Positions 58,129-64,000 of a stretch of 64,000 nucleotides of DNA are shown piece after piece. Location of the stretch: positions 4,747 through 68,746 of the forward strand of contig CACDUZ010000005.1 of NCBI GenBank assembly GCA_902556105.1, written 5' to 3'. A model generated the notes under the pieces. It saw only the letters and a list, made by a program, of their open reading frames with translations, ran no database searches and was not told where the DNA came from. The translations under genes and the position numbers were made by a program. The DNA comes from an uncultured SAR86 cluster bacterium. GTDB lineage: Bacteria > Pseudomonadota > Gammaproteobacteria > Magnimaribacterales > D2472. Position 1 is the first letter of the stretch; every line of letters begins with the position of its first letter.

Positions 58129-59136
58129 TTAGATATAGACTTTTCCAAACTTATTATCTATAAAATCTTCCCATGAAATTGACTCTTGTTTTATGAAGCC
58201 TTTTGAAGAAATCTTTTTATTAATAAACATATCCAAGACGCTGCAAACTCCTGAAGCAGTTGTTAATTGAATTGCGCTTAACTTTTCATCCCCATAAATT
58301 TTTCTTAAATACGTTTTTTCCTGAAGGACGCCATCAATAATTCCAATAACTTTTACAAAAAATATAATTACATCATTCTTTGTTCTTGGCACTTCTTTGT
58401 CGAACAGCTTTTCTAGAACATCTTTATTCTTTTTAAGATGAAGATCATTAAAAAGAAACTTCATATGATTTAAATGACCTGGATATCTGATTGTCTTGTA
58501 TGAAAGATTTTCAACTTCATTTTCAAAAGTCTCACACATAGTTGCACACCCACCGCTTGTATTAAATGCTTCGAAACTTTCTCCATCAATCACAATCTTT
58601 TCAGCACCTTCTAATGGCATTACTTTGATAGACTTTCCTTCATATATTGCATCAGCTTCATTGCAGTATTCATTAATAAGTCCATTAGTTGACCAGCTCA
58701 GGTAATAACTCATTTCATTCGTTGTAAATCTTGGCAATGCTCCCACTCGCATTAAGACTTCATTAACAGTATCAAACTGCTCCATCATTCCTGACGCACA
58801 GATATTAATCGCGCCTGGAGCTAAACCACATTGGGGCATTAAAATGTTTTCAGACTTAAGTGATCTAATATATTCTGTTGTTTCAACGTCTTCTGTTAGA
58901 TCAAAATATCCTATTCCTTCCTCTGCGGAGACACTTGCAATATTTTTATTAACAGCAAATGGTCCTGCAGATATAACAGCATCGACATCTTTAAGAAAAT
59001 CTTTTACCTGCAATATGTCATTTGCATCAAATCCATCTTCGATATCTCCTTGCTTTATTTCATAATCATTTTTTAATAGTTGTTTCAAAGCCCAGCCAAT
59101 GTTTCCACTGCCTACAATTGCAATTTTAGCTTTCAT
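58129..59136 (-). CDS. Saccharopine dehydrogenase-family NAD(P) oxidoreductase (possible L-lysine 6-dehydrogenase)
   Basis: IAIVGSGNIG Rossmann start, CGLAPG, RYPGH; family-level call. Confidence 0.7.
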   Translation of the reverse strand: MKAKIAIVGSGNIGWALKQLLKNDYEIKQGDIEDGFDANDILQVKDFLKDVDAVISAGPFAVNKNIASVSAEEGIGYFDLTEDVETTEYIRSLKSENILMPQCGLAPGAINICASGMMEQFDTVNEVLMRVGALPRFTTNEMSYYLSWSTNGLINEYCNEADAIYEGKSIKVMPLEGAEKIVIDGESFEAFNTSGGCATMCETFENEVENLSYKTIRYPGHLNHMKFLFNDLHLKKNKDVLEKLFDKEVPRTKNDVIIFFVKVIGIIDGVLQEKTYLRKIYGDEKLSAIQLTTASGVCSVLDMFINKKISSKGFIKQESISWEDFIDNKFGKVYI

Positions 59137-60499
59137 TAAATTCCACTCCTTGGGCTAGAGGTAAATCCTCACCATAGTTTATGGTTGCTGTGACCCTGCG
59201 CATATAATTCTTCCACGCATCTGAACCAGATTCTCGTCCACCACCAGTATCCTTTTCTCCACCAAAAGCGCCTCCTATTTCAGCCCCGCTAGTGCCAATA
59301 TTTACATTAGCAATTCCACAATCACTCCCAGCTTCGCTTAAAAAAAGCTCAGACTCTCTCATATCATTTGTAAAGATTGAACTGCTAAGTCCTTGTTTGA
59401 CATTATTCTGCATATGAATCGCGTCTTTTATGTCTTCATAACTTTTTACATAAAGTATTGGTGCGAAAGTTTCTGCAAGCATTTCATCTTCAATTTTCTC
59501 AACTAATACCAAGGCAGGTTTCACGTAATATTCATTTGGGTCTTCAATCTCCAATCTTTCTCCGCCAATTACATTAATATTTTTACTCTTAAGAGAATCT
59601 AGTGTTTTTTGCATTGACACATAGCTTTCTTTGGATATTAATGGTCCTATTTGAGAAGAATCCTCTGAAGGACAGCCAATAATTAAATCATCAAAACATT
59701 TTTGAAGTCTTTCGACACAATCTTTATAAATATCTTGATGAACAAACAGTCTTCTCAGGGATGTGCATCTCTGACCAGTTGTACCACATGCAGAAAAAGC
59801 TATACCTTTTATGGTTAAGTCTAAATCTGCAGAAGGGCAAACAATTGCAGCATTATTTCCGCCAAGTTCTAGTAACAATTTTCCAAGTCTAGCTGAAACT
59901 AATGGTGCTAGTTCTTTACCCATTTGGGTGCTCCCAGTCGCGGAAACAAGTGAAATTCTATTATCTTCACAAATAGAGACAGCCTCTTCATTGCCGCCCT
60001 CTAAGATAAGAATTAAGTCTGAGAACTCTCCACTAACTTTGTCCCATGCGTCTTTAATACCTTTGGCACATCCATTTGAATGAGGACTTGGCTTCCAAAT
60101 AATGCTATTACCACATACAGCTGCCAGGCAAAAATTCCATGCAAAAACTGCCATTGGGAAATTAAAAGCTGTTATACAGCCAACTATTCCAAGAGGATGC
60201 CATAACTCTTGTAGTCTATGATTCGGTCGTTCACTTGGCATAGTCAATCCGTATAACTGTCTACTAAGTCCTACTGCAAAATCACACATGTCTATAGCTT
60301 CTTGAACTTCGCCTAATGACTCAGTCTTAATCTTTCTTGCTTCCTTTGTAATAGTTTCGGCTAAAGATTTTTTTTGCAATCTAAGTTCTTCACCAAATTG
60401 CCTAATTAGCTCTCCCCTTTGAGGCGCTGGGATGCTTCTCCAGCTTAAAGAAATATCATTAGATTTTTGAACGATCGTCTCATAGTTATTATCTGTCAT
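59126..60499 (-). CDS. ALDH7-type aldehyde dehydrogenase (alpha-aminoadipic semialdehyde / piperideine-6-carboxylate dehydrogenase-like)
   Basis: IPAPQRGELIRQ, GEVQEAIDMCDFAVGLSR, ELGGNNA, catalytic GQRCTSLRR; all close to ALDH7 signatures. Confidence 0.85.
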   Translation of the reverse strand: MTDNNYETIVQKSNDISLSWRSIPAPQRGELIRQFGEELRLQKKSLAETITKEARKIKTESLGEVQEAIDMCDFAVGLSRQLYGLTMPSERPNHRLQELWHPLGIVGCITAFNFPMAVFAWNFCLAAVCGNSIIWKPSPHSNGCAKGIKDAWDKVSGEFSDLILILEGGNEEAVSICEDNRISLVSATGSTQMGKELAPLVSARLGKLLLELGGNNAAIVCPSADLDLTIKGIAFSACGTTGQRCTSLRRLFVHQDIYKDCVERLQKCFDDLIIGCPSEDSSQIGPLISKESYVSMQKTLDSLKSKNINVIGGERLEIEDPNEYYVKPALVLVEKIEDEMLAETFAPILYVKSYEDIKDAIHMQNNVKQGLSSSIFTNDMRESELFLSEAGSDCGIANVNIGTSGAEIGGAFGGEKDTGGGRESGSDAWKNYMRRVTATINYGEDLPLAQGVEFNES

Positions 60500-60989
60500 T
60501 GTATGATCCTCGATTAATTAAAAAGATTTGATAAAGGGCAAATACTGCATAAATTAAAATATACGAAATATAAAAATTCATAATAAGAGGGTCATAAATT
60601 GAATGCACAAATGGGTCATTAGGAGGAAGTCTTTTCAACACTTCAGCTGTTGTAGGCAGCATACTTAATAAAACTGTCACTGATAGAGCAAGCTCTTTAA
60701 GGTATTTAGTTAGAAAACTAAAAAAATTAAATCTGTCTAAGATAAATGCGGCAATGATTGCAAGAATTGTTAGTACTGAAAGTAGATGAGCATCATTAAA
60801 ACTTCCAGTTGCACTAAAGATAAAAAATGATGAACCTGAAGTAAAAAGAGTACAGATAATATAAAACATTCCTAAGTTAGACCATATATCAATAAAGTTA
60901 TGTCTAATTAATAAATATATACCAGTTAAGATACCTGCTGTTCCAATAATAGTGTGGAACCAACCAATTAATGAAATTCCCCCATACAT
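60489..60989 (-). CDS. Hypothetical five-TM membrane protein
   Basis: Hydrophobic profile. Its 3' end overlaps the ALDH start by 11 nt. Confidence 0.45.
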   Translation of the reverse strand: MYGGISLIGWFHTIIGTAGILTGIYLLIRHNFIDIWSNLGMFYIICTLFTSGSSFFIFSATGSFNDAHLLSVLTILAIIAAFILDRFNFFSFLTKYLKELALSVTVLLSMLPTTAEVLKRLPPNDPFVHSIYDPLIMNFYISYILIYAVFALYQIFLINRGSYNDR

Positions 60990-61021
60990 CTAGCGCCCCC
61001 CAGAATGTAATAGTTATTTTA

Positions 61022-61810
61022 CTATACTTGACCTAAAAGATAATCTAATAAAATATTAATCTTTTCATTTCCACCAAAGTAATCTGCTTCATCGTTATCT
61101 AATTTTTCTAAGCTTTTAACAAGAGCCTGCTTTTGTTTTGGGTACTCAAAAATTTCTTTAAGGGGTTCAAATAAAACATTGATAGTGAAAAGAGAATACT
61201 CTTCATGGAACCTACATAAGGTTTCTTTTTCAGATCGTATAAACCATTCAGAGGGGTGAGTCTTTAAGGGTTCCTCTTCTTTTAAATGAAATCTACTTGT
61301 ATCTCCATGAATAAGCCAATTTTGTCTTGCAAAAGGCTTCATTACAGGAGCTTGTTTAATGAAAGTTGAGATTCTGTTACCTATCTTTTCTTCTAGAGAG
61401 GTAACTGGACTATGAATTTCATTTAAAGGTTTGCCAATCTTTGTTCTAACATCCCAATAACTTGGAGAACATATACAAGCTGCAATAAGCCTTTGTTCTC
61501 CCTTTGACTCAATTAAACATAAATCGTCTTGAATATTAAGACTCATCTCTGCAATAAGGTCGGGGTAGTCTGAGTCATCGATTCCAAAAAATGTTCCTAG
61601 AAATTTTTGAGCTTCTTTGGAATCTTCTGTGGTGGCAACAACTTTATTATAATTTGATTCAAAGAGATTCTTTTTATGCTTAAACAAGTCATTGCTTATT
61701 TTTCTATCTAACCACTGATCTGCATTGACAGGCTTTAGTCCAAGACGATATTTTCTATCCCCACTCCCCCATGGGGGATCATTCCAAAAACTCTTGCTTG
61801 AAGTCCTCAT
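61022..61810 (-). CDS. DUF3445-like protein (family of the heme-dependent oxidative N-demethylase alpha subunit)
   Basis: Length, LGLKPVNADQWL near the N-terminus and RSEKETLCRF...LFTINV near the C-terminus resemble DUF3445. Identified from memory only. Confidence 0.5.
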   Translation of the reverse strand: MRTSSKSFWNDPPWGSGDRKYRLGLKPVNADQWLDRKISNDLFKHKKNLFESNYNKVVATTEDSKEAQKFLGTFFGIDDSDYPDLIAEMSLNIQDDLCLIESKGEQRLIAACICSPSYWDVRTKIGKPLNEIHSPVTSLEEKIGNRISTFIKQAPVMKPFARQNWLIHGDTSRFHLKEEEPLKTHPSEWFIRSEKETLCRFHEEYSLFTINVLFEPLKEIFEYPKQKQALVKSLEKLDNDEADYFGGNEKINILLDYLLGQV

Positions 61811-61840
61811 AGAATTATGAAGGTGTGAATTTTAATATTC

Positions 61841-62146
61841 TTAAAATATTTTGTGCTTACCTTGAAGTATTTCAAAATACATTTTGTAGTCACCGATGAA
61901 GCTATAAAAAGGATATTTAAATGTAGCTGGTTTATTCTTTTCAATAAAGAAGTGGCCGATCCATGCAAACCCATACCCAGATAAAAGAGCATAAAGTACA
62001 AATAAAAAATTAAATGACAGTAAGAATTTAATTAGAAAATAAATACTTAAGCTTGTTCCAATAAAATGCATGAGTTTTGTATGCTTATTGTCGTGCTCTG
62101 AAATGTAATAGGGGTAAAAATCTTTAAAATTTTTGTATCTTTCCAT
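61841..62146 (-). CDS. DUF962 (Mpo1/YGL010w-like) membrane protein
   Basis: FKDFYPYYISEHDNKHTKLMHFIGT followed by two TM helices. Confidence 0.65.
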   Translation of the reverse strand: MERYKNFKDFYPYYISEHDNKHTKLMHFIGTSLSIYFLIKFLLSFNFLFVLYALLSGYGFAWIGHFFIEKNKPATFKYPFYSFIGDYKMYFEILQGKHKIF

Positions 62147-62148
62147 AA

Positions 62149-62499
62149 TTAGCCTCTCGGTGGTAAACCATTAATCCTTGTAAGGGTGATAGATGTTGAT
62201 GCTCTTCTATTTTTAGAAAGTTCTTGATAATCGGGATCAGCCCACCAAGCATCTGCTTTTTCAGACGAAGGAAAGGAAAACATAATCATTCTATCTTGTT
62301 CAATAGGATTGTCTCCTTCAACATGCTTTGGATTATCATCAAATGTAATAAACTCACCATCATATTTTTTCAAAATAGGAAAAAATCCTTTTTCGTAAAT
62401 CCTATAAACCTCTGAATCATGAATTTTTAAATTCACAATAAAATAAACTTTTGTATCACTCATCTTTTTCCCAAAATGTGCAGCCTTTATATAGGCCAC
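62149..62499 (-). CDS. DUF1330-domain protein
   Basis: VYFIVNLKIHD...Y..Y......LKKYDGEFI......VEG...........FPSSEKADAWWADPDYQ matches the DUF1330 layout. Confidence 0.7.
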   Translation of the reverse strand: MAYIKAAHFGKKMSDTKVYFIVNLKIHDSEVYRIYEKGFFPILKKYDGEFITFDDNPKHVEGDNPIEQDRMIMFSFPSSEKADAWWADPDYQELSKNRRASTSITLTRINGLPPRG

Positions 62500-62511
62500 A
62501 CTAATTATAAC

Positions 62512-63123
62512 TTACTTAGGTGCTGATTCTGGCTGATAGTCGTAGTAACCTTCAAGTGGAATCATCAAATGTACAAAAGGAGTTCCTTTCATCATTACGT
62601 AAGGTGCTCCAGTGGTAAAATCTGTCGATACTCCTTCAAGCGATGCAGGATCTTTTGGCATTAACATTAAATGAGAGCCTGAATATATCCAGTCTTCCGG
62701 ATCAGTGTTTTCTTTATCACCTTCAGAATAAGGTCTGAAGTTATCAACGCCTGTATCCCCATGGATCATCCAAATCCATCCATCATTTGGTATTTCTGGC
62801 TTTGATTGACTTATATATGCATCTGCCCAAGCAACTGCATTTGCATCTGCGCATGCTGGAGCGGCTTCATTTGCAGTTTTGAATCCCATTTTGGGCATTG
62901 CTATAAACGGAAGACAAGTCCATCCATTTGTGCCCTCTCTTAGAACCTCTCCGCTAGCACTTACAACAGTTGCATAATCTCCTATAAAGTCTGGTGCAGA
63001 AGAAGTGTATGTTTCTATCTCCCATTCAGCAGTATTTCCGTGCATCTTTCCACCCTCATGATGTCCAGCAGATATGTTAGCAATCAAAAATAAAGCAAAT
63101 AAACTATTTAATTTTATATTCAT
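62512..63123 (-). CDS. Hypothetical secreted protein with His-rich mature N-terminus
   Basis: Signal peptide MNIKLNSLFALFLIANISA, then GHHEGGKMHG. Two Cys. No family recognised. Confidence 0.5.
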   Translation of the reverse strand: MNIKLNSLFALFLIANISAGHHEGGKMHGNTAEWEIETYTSSAPDFIGDYATVVSASGEVLREGTNGWTCLPFIAMPKMGFKTANEAAPACADANAVAWADAYISQSKPEIPNDGWIWMIHGDTGVDNFRPYSEGDKENTDPEDWIYSGSHLMLMPKDPASLEGVSTDFTTGAPYVMMKGTPFVHLMIPLEGYYDYQPESAPK

Positions 63124-63182
63124 GTTTCTCCTAATAAAAATCTTAAAATTTATTCTAAAAAAGAAAATGATTTAATACAAAC

Positions 63183-64000
63183 TTATTGAAAGTTCGTATT
63201 GCTAATTTTTTTGGTGATCGATCTAAACATAGCGATATGAGCTGCCTTTGAATACTCCCTTTCAGACCTAAACCTATGATTAGAAGATGTTTTTGCAATA
63301 ACAACATTTGAAATTGGATCAACATAGATAAACTGATTAAATATTCCATGAGCTGTGTAATCAGTTAATGGATCACCAGGAATCCACCATTGATATCCAT
63401 AACCCCATTCATTTGATGACAAGTCGCCAGCATTTGGCATTAAGTGAGGGGCGTCAGGTGTTGTTGAATCATCAATCCATGACTGAGGAACGATTTGTTC
63501 TCCAAGCCAACTACCCCTATTAAGGTATAGTTGCCCAAATTTTGCATAATCTCTTAAAGTTGCGTTTAGGCCACCAAGAGCCATATCAGCACCCGTACTA
63601 TCGGTAATATAATAAGCATCGCTTTCTGTACCAATTGTGTTCCATATTCTCTTATATAAATATTCTCTTACTGGCATATCTGTTACAGATTCAAGAATCA
63701 TAGCCAATACTTGAGTATCAAGACTTACGTAGTGATTGTATGTTCCTTGTTCTCTTCCATTTTTAAGGCTCTTTGCAAAATCTCTAAAAGATTGGCCTTT
63801 AGCAGAAGCTCTACTAAACTTATTTATATCAGAGTTTGGATCAGCATAATCCTCATTGAATTCAATCCCAGATGACATTTGCAATAAGTTTTTAATTTTT
63901 ACATCTTCATAACCCGTGCCAACAAAATCTTCTAAATATTTTGTAACATTATCATCAATGCTATCTATAAGGCCTTCGTCTATAGCTATTCCAAACAATG
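63183..64000 (-). CDS. Serine hydrolase of the beta-lactamase/PBP-like (class C-related) family, C-terminal part; 5' end lies outside the window
   Basis: ORF is open to the window edge. The ...AIDEGLI..D..V.KYL... segment and the YGYQWW region are typical of COG1680-type hydrolases. Confidence 0.7.
   Translation of the reverse strand, partial: LFGIAIDEGLIDSIDDNVTKYLEDFVGTGYEDVKIKNLLQMSSGIEFNEDYADPNSDINKFSRASAKGQSFRDFAKSLKNGREQGTYNHYVSLDTQVLAMILESVTDMPVREYLYKRIWNTIGTESDAYYITDSTGADMALGGLNATLRDYAKFGQLYLNRGSWLGEQIVPQSWIDDSTTPDAPHLMPNAGDLSSNEWGYGYQWWIPGDPLTDYTAHGIFNQFIYVDPISNVVIAKTSSNHRFRSEREYSKAAHIAMFRSITKKISNTNFQ

Noticed and set aside
61807-62001. A 64-aa ORF overlapping the DUF962 gene on the same strand in another frame.
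   Set aside because: The 101-aa frame carries the recognisable DUF962 N-terminal motif and TM helices. The 64-aa frame has no features.
61022-63123. A shared W-[LM]-I-H-G-D-T heptapeptide in the DUF3445-like protein (NWLIHGDTS) and the secreted 203-aa protein (IWMIHGDTG).
   Set aside because: The underlying nucleotides differ, so this is not a DNA repeat. The rest of the two proteins does not align by eye. Among roughly 20,000 residues in the window, a few 6-7-mer coincidences are expected.
1-64000. CRISPR arrays, tandem repeats, IS elements, prophage remnants, rRNA or other structured ncRNA.
   Set aside because: No non-coding stretch exceeds about 200 nt, so there is no space for arrays or large RNAs. 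I noticed no repeated spacer-sized units and no transposase or integrase-like translations in the six-frame track. A computational repeat search would still be needed to exclude short dispersed repeats.

Overview
This is an AT-rich (by eye about one third G+C), extremely gene-dense chromosomal window. It holds about 80 protein-coding genes and one tRNA-Phe(GAA). I see no rRNA, CRISPR array, transposase, integrase, or recognisable phage or defence genes. No intergenic gap exceeds about 200 nt. Local synteny (mutY-yggX, rppH...lgt-thyA-folA, efp-argS-SPOR, yggS-proC-yggT-metX-metW-rdgB, trmB, rpoH, lipB-lipA, uvrD, hspQ, rmuC) points to a gammaproteobacterium. The composition, the shortened genes and the near absence of spacer DNA suggest a streamlined marine lineage; SAR86-like is my guess, and it is inference only. 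Functional blocks are: a complete TonB2-type energy-transduction cluster (DUF3450, large MotA/TolQ-family protein, ExbB, ExbD, TonB, TPR protein); an ACE-like M2 peptidase; a phosphatase trio (CysQ, PhoA-family, class C acid phosphatase); a TRAP transporter whose binding-protein gene is separated from its permease genes by lipBA; a lysine-to-aminoadipate pair (saccharopine/lysine dehydrogenase family plus ALDH7-type dehydrogenase); a DMGDH/sarcosine-dehydrogenase-like fusion; and several crotonase, SDR and hydrolase genes. I do not see a canonical mobile element or a known defence system, and most of the window is ordinary core genome. The candidates most worth a second look are these. (1) A 68-aa, nine-cysteine protein has a desulforedoxin-like signature split by a second Cys-pair insert, and it is translationally coupled to an atypical Bax-inhibitor-1/YccA-like membrane protein. 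(2) A co-directional string of domain-of-unknown-function genes (DUF3445, DUF962, DUF1330, a His-rich secreted protein, membrane proteins) lies next to the lysine-catabolic pair. (3) A 15-bp-arm inverted repeat sequesters the start codon of a small 3-TM protein. (4) Eight convergent gene pairs share a 4-nt YTAR overlapping stop, which leaves no room for terminators. All functional calls rest on motif recognition by eye. No database search was run.
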